NCBI GenBank assembly: GCA_964368835.1
Contig: CAYJCZ010000001.1
Location: 89,481 to 153,480 of the forward strand
Direction of reading: 5' to 3'
Origin: an uncultured Candidatus Saccharibacteria bacterium
Lineage (GTDB): Bacteria > Patescibacteriota > Minisyncoccia > Phycocordibacterales > UBA6065
Length of the DNA: 64,000 nucleotides
The notes below the pieces were generated by a model, which had not been told where the DNA came from, made no database searches, and saw only the letters and a list, made by a program, of their open reading frames with translations. The position numbers and the translations under genes are program-made. Shown one piece after another: positions 38,514-46,675 of the stretch; the stretch's first letter is position 1, and every line of letters starts with the position of its first letter.

Positions 38514-39167
38514 TTATCGTACTTTTTCGAGTTCGCTTGCTTCAGTTACTTTGAGAACCAACGTCGCAGGCACAGATGGTGTGGTGGTTATTGGCTGGTT
38601 TTGCTTTCGCTGAAGATAATTAACTGAGATTTCAGAAGTATTTGGATCAAACTTAACAGACTGTATTGTGATTCTATCTCCGATAATTACCATGTTTGTT
38701 GTTTTCTGGCCGTCTTCGGTGCTTACGATAGCTGCGATTTGATAGAGAGGTCCCGCGTTTTTGTTTTGTCGGGTAAGAAGGAAGGCAACGTCAGATTTTT
38801 TGTCACCGTTAAAATCTCCAATCGTTTCATAGCCAATGTGCTGAAGAGACTCGTTGTTTGAAGGATCGCCGGCAGTAATGAGGGCGAATCCATTTACGAG
38901 TTTGACTTGTCTTCCATCAAAGAGAATCCATGTGTTCTTTGTGTCGTAAGGCGCTTTCTTGATTGGTGCGGCGGTTGTAGTTGTAATGACTCCTGCGGGT
39001 TTAGTGGTGACAGGTGTAGGTTTTGTTTCGACGGTTGTTGTAACAGCCGGTGTTTCTTCGATGACAGGCGCCTCAATCGAGAGGGGACGATTCATGAATA
39101 CAACAAGTGCAATCAATACAACTAATAGAATGATAATAATTGTTGTCGGCTTTTTGATATTTTCCAT
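38514..39167 (-). CDS. membrane-anchored hypothetical protein with Thr/Pro-rich linker
   Basis: N-terminal TM, TTT/PT-rich linker, C-terminal beta-rich domain. Confidence 0.45.
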   Translation of the reverse strand: MENIKKPTTIIIILLVVLIALVVFMNRPLSIEAPVIEETPAVTTTVETKPTPVTTKPAGVITTTTAAPIKKAPYDTKNTWILFDGRQVKLVNGFALITAGDPSNNESLQHIGYETIGDFNGDKKSDVAFLLTRQNKNAGPLYQIAAIVSTEDGQKTTNMVIIGDRITIQSVKFDPNTSEISVNYLQRKQNQPITTTPSVPATLVLKVTEASELEKVR

Positions 39168-39224
39168 AGTGATTCAAGTATAGCACTGACGGAAATAGAC
39201 AAAACAGGGTATGAAATTGTGAGT

Positions 39225-39614
39225 TTAGTTAAACCTTACAGCAAAACTGTACATACCCATCTGGCAAATACCTTCGAGTGTGGTTCCGGCGGCCTGTGGA
39301 GGCACTTCGATTTCAGTCACACCTGTGGAGGGAAGATTAGTTCTATATCCAATGCTTGGAATTGTAAGTGAGGCAGAACAATCAAATGTACCTGATGTAG
39401 TTACTTTCAGTGTTGTTGGGATATTTGCCTGAGCAGAAATTAGTTGTGGGGAATATCCACCTTTAGCTTTGATGTCGATAGTTTGGGCAAGTGGAGTCAT
39501 TTCTCCCTGAATGACAGTGGATGTGACAGGTGCGGCTTCTTCTTTATTACCAATCACAAATATACCTCCAATAAGCAGGGCTGCGGCTATCAAAAGTATT
39601 GTTGGTGTTTTCAT
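39225..39614 (-). CDS. small secreted protein, possible cupredoxin-like fold
   Basis: Signal peptide. C-terminal TFDCSASL...GICQMGMYSFAVRF is reminiscent of cupredoxin_1-type small copper proteins. Tentative. Confidence 0.35.
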   Translation of the reverse strand: MKTPTILLIAAALLIGGIFVIGNKEEAAPVTSTVIQGEMTPLAQTIDIKAKGGYSPQLISAQANIPTTLKVTTSGTFDCSASLTIPSIGYRTNLPSTGVTEIEVPPQAAGTTLEGICQMGMYSFAVRFN

Positions 39615-39617
39615 TGG

Positions 39618-40415
39618 TTATAAATTAAAGAAGGGAGAAATAAGTCCTACTGCAACAAGGCTTGTGAGAAGATTAAGGACTCCAAAGAATATAACAATTA
39701 ATCCGGCAGACTTAAAGAATACACCCGATTGGGTTTTGGTGTGAATTCCAAGTGAGCTAAAGCTTAGGAGTGCGAGAACGGGGAGGGTTCCGAGTGCAAA
39801 GACAAACATTGTCATGGCTCCGGTCCAAAAACTGCCAGTGCCAAGCGTGTATATTTGCATCGATTGAGTGAATCCACAGGGCAGAAAGAATGTGGCAAGA
39901 CCGACAAGGAGCGGGGTAAGTGTGTGGTTTATTTTTTTGAGCCCCTGAATGTGATTTGAAAGAAACTCAGGGAGTCTTGGTTGGAGCTTATCTATCCATG
40001 GGAACACATCAAGAAGATTAATTCCTAGTATAAGGAGAACTATCGCCACAAGGATGCTTAGTACAAAGACGCTTGTTGCACCGAGTTGGAATACTGAACC
40101 AAGAGCACCGATCACTCCTCCAAGGATAAAGAATGAAACAAGTCGTCCTACATGGAAGAGCAATTGTGGACGCACTTTGTTATGTTCTTTTGCAAAGCTT
40201 GCTGACACTGACAGTACAAGTCCTCCAACAACCGCCATACAGCTGGAGACTGATGCGATGAGGCCAATAATAAATGCCGTGCCGTAGGTTACGTCTGTTG
40301 CAGTGATTAGGTTAACGATACCGAGCTTTTGAAGCAGAATGAAAAAAGCAATAAAAACCAGTGCGATAGGGAGCGCAATTTTAAATTCTGACCATGTGGC
40401 TGTTTGTTCCTGCAT
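39618..40415 (-). CDS. DsbD_2/CcdA-like membrane protein (two conserved Cys motifs)
   Basis: Six to eight TM helices with SSCMAVVGG and FFLPCGF motifs, as in the DsbD_2/TauE-like family commonly paired with small cupredoxin-like proteins. Confidence 0.5.
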   Translation of the reverse strand: MQEQTATWSEFKIALPIALVFIAFFILLQKLGIVNLITATDVTYGTAFIIGLIASVSSCMAVVGGLVLSVSASFAKEHNKVRPQLLFHVGRLVSFFILGGVIGALGSVFQLGATSVFVLSILVAIVLLILGINLLDVFPWIDKLQPRLPEFLSNHIQGLKKINHTLTPLLVGLATFFLPCGFTQSMQIYTLGTGSFWTGAMTMFVFALGTLPVLALLSFSSLGIHTKTQSGVFFKSAGLIVIFFGVLNLLTSLVAVGLISPFFNL

Positions 40416-40416
40416 T

Positions 40417-40971
40417 TTAATATGACTTGAAGTGTACGTGTCCGTGAGTTGAGGTCATCTTGCGATAGAAGTGAAGTTCAGGATTAATGCGCTTTGATTC
40501 AAAGACAATTTGGTCCATTCCTTCCCAAAGGAGAAACCATGCCGCTGGTTCCAGAAACACCAAAAGGAATGAAGTAAGGAGATTATCAGTTTCTGAATGG
40601 AAGTGGATGAGTGCCGCACCAACCATAGAGATGATACCGAGCGCGACCATACTGAGGCCGAATTTCATAATTCTGCTGCGGTCCTGGGCGAGTAGGAGAT
40701 GATGCTTTTTGAAGTGACCAGAAAGTCTTTCGCGAATAGTTGCTTCGTGAGATTCGCTACGATCCTTTTCGGGAACAAATAGAACTAATTCAACATCACC
40801 GGCTTTATCATGTGACGCTCGCTTTATTTCACCCAAAAAATCAACCGAAAGCGCTCGGCGTGAATAAGGTCGCATATCAAAGTCAGAAAATATGTCGTCA
40901 TAATGCTCGAGCCGAAGTGAAATCTCTGGCATCTCGTCTAAAAGAGGCGCTTGTGATGTGTGATGTTCCAT
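40417..40971 (-). CDS. hypothetical protein with C-terminal membrane helices
   Basis: ORF only; overlaps the next gene by 1 nt. Confidence 0.4.
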   Translation of the reverse strand: MEHHTSQAPLLDEMPEISLRLEHYDDIFSDFDMRPYSRRALSVDFLGEIKRASHDKAGDVELVLFVPEKDRSESHEATIRERLSGHFKKHHLLLAQDRSRIMKFGLSMVALGIISMVGAALIHFHSETDNLLTSFLLVFLEPAAWFLLWEGMDQIVFESKRINPELHFYRKMTSTHGHVHFKSY

Positions 40972-41139
40972 ATCGGTATAATACCAAAAAAGAGATTAGG
41001 TTGTGAGCGGGAAGTGTGTCCTAAAAACAATTGAGGCATCTTTTTGTCAAATTCAATCGTATTACCGATAGGGTAGTAAAACCGCTCGTAATGACGAGTA
41101 GTGAATCTATTATCTTCGGGTTAATAATTAAATATATTT

Positions 41140-41514
41140 ATGAAAAACATAAAAAACATTAAGCTCTCTTTAGGCTTGATGGGTGGATTGGGAGTAGTGG
41201 CATTGCTTTTGGCGATGTCTCCTATACAAGCTCAAGCATACGAGGTGAATATTTTGACAGACAGTGATCTTACTTTGGGTATGACAGGCCAGAAGGTTAT
41301 CGTACTACAGGGTCTTTTACAAGAATTGGGATATATGACCATACCAGCAGGAGTATCATTGGGCTATTACGGTTCTATGACCAAGGATGGCGTGGCACGA
41401 TATCAGGCGGCACAAAACATTTCGCCTGCAGCTGGATATTTTGGACCAGCAACGAAGGTTGTAATGCATCAGCAATTTCTCTCTCGAGGATGGCTTACAA
41501 TGTTGGGTTGGTAA
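41140..41514 (+). CDS. secreted protein with peptidoglycan-binding-like domain
   Basis: Signal peptide. VIVLQGLLQELGY...GYYGSMTKDGVARYQAAQNI matches the PG_binding_1 pattern. Terminator at 41538-41562. Confidence 0.55.
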   Translation: MKNIKNIKLSLGLMGGLGVVALLLAMSPIQAQAYEVNILTDSDLTLGMTGQKVIVLQGLLQELGYMTIPAGVSLGYYGSMTKDGVARYQAAQNISPAAGYFGPATKVVMHQQFLSRGWLTMLGW

Positions 41515-41564
41515 TTTAAAAAATTCGTGAGACAAAAAAACCGCATGAGCGGTTTTTTTGTGAT

Positions 41565-41999
41565 TTAAAGTGTGATCTCATAGATACCTCTGGTCTCGGG
41601 GGAGGTGTCTATTAGTCTGATCCAAGTCGGTGTCACAAGGAAGCACTTTTGATCCTCGAGAAGGACGAATTTCGTTGTTTGTTTACCTTTTAACGCGAGT
41701 AGTTCGCCATATTTTAACGCCTCAACATCTGACAATTCGCGAGCGATGCCCTCGTATTGAACACTGCCGGTTTCTTTACTCCAGCCAATAACCATAGAGA
41801 TTTTCTTGTTTGTCTGCAGGTTTTTATACTTTCGAGTTTTGCTTGATGTGCTAAAGATAAGGCTCAAATCATCTCTTTCTGCAAAAGCCATAACGGCCGA
41901 TTCTGGCTGGTTCTTTGTATTATCGATGGTTGAAATAACCGATAGTTGTTGGCCTTTGAGGAGGTTTTTAATTTTATCTTTAATGGTTGAGTCGTTCAT
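41565..41999 (-). CDS. pyridoxamine 5-phosphate oxidase-like FMN-binding split-barrel protein
   Basis: Length and motifs (LSVISTID...ESAVMAFAERDDLSLIFSTS...) resemble the PNPOx-like general stress protein 26 family. Confidence 0.5.
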   Translation of the reverse strand: MNDSTIKDKIKNLLKGQQLSVISTIDNTKNQPESAVMAFAERDDLSLIFSTSSKTRKYKNLQTNKKISMVIGWSKETGSVQYEGIARELSDVEALKYGELLALKGKQTTKFVLLEDQKCFLVTPTWIRLIDTSPETRGIYEITL

Positions 42000-42007
42000 A
42001 TGCTTCT

Positions 42008-42391
42008 TTATTCTGAATCAACTTCGACTCGAAAGCCACCGTAACAGAAACGCTTCCCATCAAACGGCATCCCCATTGCCTGCATTTCTGGACTATTCAT
42101 AGCGGGATCAGCCATAACTTTTGCGTTGACCTCATCGCGGTGTTCGCGTGAATTAAAAACTATAAATGAGAGCCAGACCGTCTCATCTTCTTTTGCATCG
42201 GCGGCACTCATAAACGAACGAGGCTTCATACCCATGCCTTCTGGGTGCAGATCGTCTCCGATACATTCTTTGTAATCGAGTGCGCCGTGTTTCATCCACA
42301 CTTCTTTTCCAAGTGTTGCCATCTTTTTATATTCAGCGATTTTATCTTTTGGAATGACAAGCAAGAATCCGTCTACGTATTTATTGTTCAT
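42008..42391 (-). CDS. DUF1428 family protein
   Basis: MNNKYVDGFLLVIPKDKIAEYKKMA...HGALDYKEC...EDETVWLSFIVFNSREHRDEVNAKVMADP matches the conserved DUF1428 (YbaA-like) pattern. Confidence 0.65.
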   Translation of the reverse strand: MNNKYVDGFLLVIPKDKIAEYKKMATLGKEVWMKHGALDYKECIGDDLHPEGMGMKPRSFMSAADAKEDETVWLSFIVFNSREHRDEVNAKVMADPAMNSPEMQAMGMPFDGKRFCYGGFRVEVDSE

Positions 42392-42474
42392 TGGTGTAAT
42401 TGTTTATACTGGCTATTACCTAATATATTACTCAAATATAATACTTGAATCTACCTCGCCATGTTTCGTTTGGG

Positions 42475-42500
42475 GGTGCTGTCGTAGGGGATGTTAGAAC
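42475..42500 (-). promoter_or_regulatory. 26-nt conserved motif copy 1 (sense: GTTCTAACATCCCCTACGACAGCACC), about 100 nt upstream of the DUF1428 gene
   Basis: One of three near-identical copies (42475, 43065, 45382), plus a palindromic variant at 43761, each 90-110 nt upstream of a minus-strand gene start. Confidence 0.45.
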
Positions 42501-42504
42501 CGTA

Positions 42505-42993
42505 TTATCTGGTTTTTATGACTGAGTCACCAATTAGATATAAAACGAGAGTTTGCCATGTCATAAATATATAAATCCAAGATGAGTCATTGTAATAAGG
42601 ATACGGCAAGCTGGATACAATGCCACCAATGAGCGAAATAAATAGTACTTTACGCATAGTGATTTTTTCGAGTAATTTGCTCGCAGTAAGAGTCATTACA
42701 AAACTTCCAAATGCTCCAGCGACGAAAAAAGTGATGTAGTCATTACCCGCAAGGGCTACACAAATTAAATAGCTTAGATAGAAGGTTGCGGTGGATATAC
42801 CAATCCATCCAATGGTACGCAAGATGACAAATTTATTTGTCCAATTCACAAATATGACAAGCCAGATTGTAGCAATTCCAAATACCAAGCCCGGTGCGAG
42901 TATAAATCCATATGGATCGGATAATAATATATAAGAAATAAATCCTGATACAAGACCTGTGATTACAAGCAGCAATCTTAAAAGTATTTTCAT
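42505..42993 (-). CDS. hypothetical polytopic membrane protein
   Basis: Five hydrophobic helices. Apparently leaderless, with an extended -10 (TGATATGAT) ending about 7 nt before the ATG. Confidence 0.5.
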   Translation of the reverse strand: MKILLRLLLVITGLVSGFISYILLSDPYGFILAPGLVFGIATIWLVIFVNWTNKFVILRTIGWIGISTATFYLSYLICVALAGNDYITFFVAGAFGSFVMTLTASKLLEKITMRKVLFISLIGGIVSSLPYPYYNDSSWIYIFMTWQTLVLYLIGDSVIKTR

Positions 42994-43064
42994 ACCAAAA
43001 TCATATCAGGTTAGAGCAGAGAAAGCTTTGTGATTATTAGATGAGAGGGGAGAAACTAACAATG

Positions 43065-43090
43065 GGTGCCGTCGTGGAGGAAGTTGGAAC
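43065..43090 (-). promoter_or_regulatory. 26-nt conserved motif copy 2 (sense: GTTCCAACTTCCTCCACGACGGCACC), contiguous with the conserved promoter module
   Basis: Immediately upstream (in sense orientation) of CCCATTGTTAGTTTCTCCCC...TGATATGAT...ATG. The whole 100-nt module is duplicated upstream of the gene at 45407-46459 (46460-46560). Confidence 0.45.
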
Positions 43091-43167
43091 TGGGTTTGAG
43101 AGGAGAAATAACGCGAGTGTCTATATTCCTGCGTCTTATCCCATCTCTGAATACAACAAATGTAAAT

Positions 43168-43200
43168 AAAAAAGCTCTGGATTTCTCCAGAGCTTCGCAA
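43168..43200 (-). terminator. intrinsic terminator of the GC-rich ORF
   Basis: Sense strand GAAGCTCTGGA-gaaa-TCCAGAGCTTTTTTATTT. Confidence 0.6.
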
Positions 43201-43206
43201 AGTGAA

Positions 43207-43635
43207 TTACCGTCCTTCCGGCCCGTATCCACGCATCCGTGTGTCATGATCCTCCTGCTTTTCTTCGTCTGTACGATGAGTGTCATGATCACCCTGCTTG
43301 AGAAACGCTTCATGCTCACGCTTGTTGCGTTGATGTTCATCAAGCGTACGGTCAATGACAGAAGACTGCCCTCCATGCCGCTCATAAGAAATTTGAGCAT
43401 TAAAGGCTGCATCGCACTCGGCGTCGATATTGGCTTTCCCTTTGCGATAGCCGAGCTGGAAGCAGGGAGAGTAACGGCTGAGGCTCTGACTCCGTATAAC
43501 CTCGTCATTGTAGCCTCGATCGTAACCCTTTTGCCATTCCTTTTTAGCTGAATCCACATTGCCTCCTAGTTCGGGGCAGGGAGGAATGTGAGCTGTCTCA
43601 CTACCTCCGCAATATCTGCATGCTGTTGAGCTCAT
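43207..43635 (-). CDS. hypothetical GC-rich ORF (charged, His/Asp/Glu-rich; CxxC pair at N-terminus), compositionally atypical
   Basis: 142-aa ORF with its own terminator. Two other long ORFs overlap it in other frames, a sign of locally high GC. Product unknown. Confidence 0.35.
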   Translation of the reverse strand: MSSTACRYCGGSETAHIPPCPELGGNVDSAKKEWQKGYDRGYNDEVIRSQSLSRYSPCFQLGYRKGKANIDAECDAAFNAQISYERHGGQSSVIDRTLDEHQRNKREHEAFLKQGDHDTHRTDEEKQEDHDTRMRGYGPEGR

Positions 43636-43760
43636 AGAATGTGCTAGCGGTGAATTATTCGTGTCACCTGATTTCCTTAGGAATCACACGTTGCTCGAAT
43701 GAGCGGATTTTGAAGAACTTAACTTTATGAATCCACGATCGAAATCGTGAACTCAATGAA

Positions 43761-43784
43761 GTGGAGGATGGTTAGATCCTCCAA
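43761..43784 (-). promoter_or_regulatory. palindromic variant of the 26-nt motif (GTGGAGGATGGTTAGATCCTCCA)
   Basis: The GGAGGAT core is paired with its inverted repeat ATCCTCC. It sits among three consecutive perfect hairpins in the 43740-43810 intergenic space. Confidence 0.35.
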
Positions 43785-43829
43785 TTTTGTGAATGATTCT
43801 CCATTCACGAGAGTTTGCAGAGAATACTG

Positions 43830-44348
43830 CTATTTAAGAACGCCGAGGAAGCAAACGCGAACGAAGCCTTTCTCGGTCTGGGGCAACCACAGTTTCCAGG
43901 GTTTTCCCGTCCCAGAAGCAATAAGCCCAGGAGCACGACCTACGGCCGTGATCGATCCAAGGGCGACGATCGGAATAGAATTTTGTCCCGCTTTGGGATT
44001 TTTGATCCCGTAGTCGAGAAGATCGCCGAGAGTGCCTGGTCGATAGCCTTCCTTGTTCATTTCGATGATCACCTTATCTTCATTGTTGAAGCTTCGATTG
44101 GGCCAAAAGCAGAAAAGCTTTTGACCTTGCCCGAGAACCAGAGTCTCGGGACCGAAGGTGTCTTCATTGATGTCGATGGGATGACCATTGAATGTCTTGA
44201 AGTGGCTGGGCATGTCTTTCAGGTTCATGGTAGTAGTATTCATTATAGTGATTTGATTGACAGTGTAAGGATTCTTCAGAATCAGCGTATGCCGATTTAC
44301 CGAAAACTCCCGATTTCTGCCAACCAACTCTGCATTCAAAGAACTCAT
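43830..44348 (-). CDS. hypothetical protein, paralog A of a diverged gene pair (with the ORF at 46676-47077)
   Basis: Start set at MSSLNAELVG, 7 nt after a consensus TTGACT-N17-TATAAT promoter. The promoter plus first codons are alignable at nucleotide level with 47078-47180. The proteins share an FNNEDKVIIEMNK / FNINEEKRVIALAK block. Confidence 0.45.
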   Translation of the reverse strand: MSSLNAELVGRNREFSVNRHTLILKNPYTVNQITIMNTTTMNLKDMPSHFKTFNGHPIDINEDTFGPETLVLGQGQKLFCFWPNRSFNNEDKVIIEMNKEGYRPGTLGDLLDYGIKNPKAGQNSIPIVALGSITAVGRAPGLIASGTGKPWKLWLPQTEKGFVRVCFLGVLK

Positions 44349-44444
44349 ATTTACGTATATATTATACACCTATTTGATGTAAAAGTCAAGTATTGTGAGC
44401 GTCAAAATAGCCCTATAAATAGGGGTTAAATTGGAGAAAAAATC

Positions 44445-44640
44445 GATGGGTGCCTAGAGAGACCGCGGGTACGCTTATCGCCCTCGACTAAAACTTTTTC
44501 GTCAAAAAGTTTTGTCTAGGCACCGCCTCGCACCCATCGGAAACCTTCGGGTCCCGCTCCGGCGTCCGATTCTCTCCCGCATGTCTACTAGACATGCTTA
44601 CGGCACCCAACAGAAAAACCGCTTTCGCGGCTTTTCAATT
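44445..44640. ncRNA. GC-rich structured element (candidate small RNA or structured insertion), identity unassigned
   Basis: A 9-bp long-range helix (GATGGGTGC at 44445 with GCACCCATC at 44530) encloses nested helices, including a perfect 10-bp hairpin AAAACTTTTT-cgtc-AAAAAGTTTT and an ACC-TTCG-GGT hairpin. Followed by GCATGTCTA-c-TAGACATGC and a terminator-like CCGC-GAAA-GCGG-TTTTT (minus-strand sense) at 44614-44636. Absent from the paralogous upstream region at 47078-47220. Confidence 0.3.
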
Positions 44641-44745
44641 GGGTCACTATCCGAACACAGTTATAACCATTTTGGAGGATAGGGAGTATATGGAATCTTT
44701 GTATGCAAAGTTTCTGGTTGTTAAGTATCTAAGAATAGAAGTTCC

Positions 44746-45309
44746 TTAATTTAATTCAGCAATATCACTTTTAGCTAAATAAGTTTTGATTTTTTCGATT
44801 TCTTCTAATACATTCTTCTTTCCAGACTCTGATTCAGCCCAGTTATCTTTTGTGAAAGGGTAGTATTCAGAATAATATGCAGCCGCTTTGAGTTTTATAT
44901 TAGCAGGTGTGTGTCTGCGTAGTGTCATCAGTGAACGACGGGCGTGATAATTTTTTACAACCCCAACAATTGTGTGGATGCTTTTAAGACCAATTTCTTT
45001 ATCAATCACCTTTAATGAAAACAGAACATTTTCTAATGTATTTGTAGACTCATTTTCTATAAGGATGTCATCTCTTTTAACACCAAGATTTATCAACTCA
45101 TTAGCCATATGATCACCCTCAATAATACCGGTTTGAGCATTTATACCGCCACTCACAATTATTTTAGGAACCAAACCCGTTCTGTATAGTTCGGCTGCTT
45201 TTTCAACAGAGCCCTTCCATGCATTCCATGTCCCAAATACTAAAGCCACATCGGCACTTTGATCAGTATCGTTAAGGAAAATATATTCCGATAGTTCCTT
45301 GTTCGTCAT
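44746..45309 (-). CDS. DUF218 (YdcF/SanA/ElyC-like) domain protein
   Basis: ALVFGTWNAWKGSVEKAAELYRTGLVPKIIVSGG...ENESTNTLEN matches the DUF218 core. Confidence 0.7.
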   Translation of the reverse strand: MTNKELSEYIFLNDTDQSADVALVFGTWNAWKGSVEKAAELYRTGLVPKIIVSGGINAQTGIIEGDHMANELINLGVKRDDILIENESTNTLENVLFSLKVIDKEIGLKSIHTIVGVVKNYHARRSLMTLRRHTPANIKLKAAAYYSEYYPFTKDNWAESESGKKNVLEEIEKIKTYLAKSDIAELN

Positions 45310-45381
45310 AGGAAAAAGTATAACAGTTCAATTCCGTGTAGCCTAAATAACCACTAAATCACAAGGGTTTGAATTTTCAGG

Positions 45382-45407
45382 GGTGCCGTCGTGGAGGATG
45401 TTAGAAC
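45382..45407 (-). promoter_or_regulatory. 26-nt conserved motif copy 3 (sense: GTTCTAACATCCTCCACGACGGCACC), overlapping the stop codon of the upstream gene and about 95 nt upstream of the DUF218 gene
   Basis: Differs at only 3 positions from copy 1. Confidence 0.45.
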
Positions 45408-46459
45408 TATTCTCTGTGCAAAATAATTCTTGTTGCATGCAGAACGCCTTGTGCATCTGTGGGGCCAGTAACCAATAGTCTAAATCCACCCGGTCCATCA
45501 TAGGGGCGTTTCATAATTTCTACTATTTCACTGAAGTTATCGTAATTTTGTTCCTTTGCAGATACAAACACTCTTTCGCCGTCAGACATATAACTTTCAG
45601 AATATTTAGCAGTAGAATAGTCTATCTTTAGTTTTTCTCCTTCGTAGTCGGATGTATGCCACAAACCATCGGCTGGGAAAGTGCCTCCAGATACAAATGT
45701 CACTACTTCGCCATCAATGGAGTAAACCGATGATTTTGTGAAAGTTTCGAGAGGCACTGGTTCGCCGAACATGACTTCATATCGAGAAGAGCACGGACAA
45801 TATGGCTCAGATACTCGGTCTGGAAAATCTTTATATCCAGCATGGATCAAGCTTTTGCGGTAGATGATTGAATAAAGATAATTGTCAGCGATTTTCACAT
45901 AACTTCCGACAGAACCATATGGGCCATCGGCGGAAGGTCCGTGAACTTCCTTATTGTCAATTTTTACAGACCAAGTCCAACCTCTCTTTTTCAACTCTGA
46001 CTCATAATACATGGATAGAGCTTGGTAGTTTGTATATTTATTGCCCTCATCAAGATTTTCTTCGCGAGACGTCCACCTGCTGTTTACATTTACAGGTATG
46101 GTTTTGTACTGGAATGGTTCAGATACAGTTATCGAGAGCTCAGTTCTTGTAGGGGACTCAGACTTCCAAGATAGTGATTGGAAGAGAGGGGGATAATCCG
46201 TAAGTCTTTGACTTACTCCAGCATATCCACCACCATCACCATCATAACCAATATTACTTTTTGTCGATGTTGCAGTCACGGCCTCAGGTCTAATATTTTC
46301 TTGAGATTGATCCTTACTTAAAAAATAAAATCCGCCAATTACAATTAAAAAAGCAATTAGAGCGATTACTAAAATATTCTTAGACAGATGTTTTGGTTCC
46401 TGAATAATACTTTGAGATTCGCTCGGAACATGAGGTGCCGATTGTTGTTGATTTTCCAT
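45407..46459 (-). CDS. hypothetical secreted/membrane-anchored protein (350 aa)
   Basis: N-terminal TM after a short cytoplasmic segment. Apparently leaderless, with an extended -10 (TGGTATGAT). Its upstream 100 nt is homologous to 42994-43090. Confidence 0.5.
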   Translation of the reverse strand: MENQQQSAPHVPSESQSIIQEPKHLSKNILVIALIAFLIVIGGFYFLSKDQSQENIRPEAVTATSTKSNIGYDGDGGGYAGVSQRLTDYPPLFQSLSWKSESPTRTELSITVSEPFQYKTIPVNVNSRWTSREENLDEGNKYTNYQALSMYYESELKKRGWTWSVKIDNKEVHGPSADGPYGSVGSYVKIADNYLYSIIYRKSLIHAGYKDFPDRVSEPYCPCSSRYEVMFGEPVPLETFTKSSVYSIDGEVVTFVSGGTFPADGLWHTSDYEGEKLKIDYSTAKYSESYMSDGERVFVSAKEQNYDNFSEIVEIMKRPYDGPGGFRLLVTGPTDAQGVLHATRIILHRE

Positions 46460-46629
46460 ATCAAAATCATACCAGGTTAAAACTGAAAAAGCCTTGAGGT
46501 TATTAGACGAAAGGGAAGAAACTAACGATGGGTCGAGACAGGTCGGCTATTCTGGAGGTGTTGGGGGATAGGGAGTATTTAAATATAGTAGGGGAGAAGT
46601 TGGAGTATGTGGCATTATTTGCATAACAA

Positions 46630-46658
46630 AACCCGCGGAGCACTTTCGTGATGCGGGT
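46630..46658 (-). terminator. terminator-like hairpin after paralog B
   Basis: Sense strand AACCCGC-atcacgaaagtgctcc-GCGGGTTTTGTT. Confidence 0.4.
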
Positions 46659-46675
46659 TGGAAATGAAATCTCAA

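Noticed and set aside
43056-43559. Long ORFs 43056-43559 (-) and 43066-43551 (+) overlapping the 43207-43635 ORF
   Set aside because: Three overlapping frames open at once, typical of GC-rich sequence. The minus ORF would read through a terminator hairpin and the conserved 26-nt motif. Only 43207-43635 has a plausible terminator, so the others are treated as artefacts.
43815-44429. 204-aa plus-strand ORF antisense to paralog A
   Set aside because: It overlaps the minus-strand gene that carries a consensus promoter and is part of the paralog pair. It also runs through the conserved promoter module.
42475-45407. Integron-cassette (attC) interpretation of the 26-nt motif that abuts stop codons
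   Set aside because: There is no intI-type integrase nearby, and the downstream genes have their own promoters. The motif lacks the paired inverse-core and core sites (RYYYAAC...GTTRRRY) and the imperfect-palindrome architecture of attC sites.
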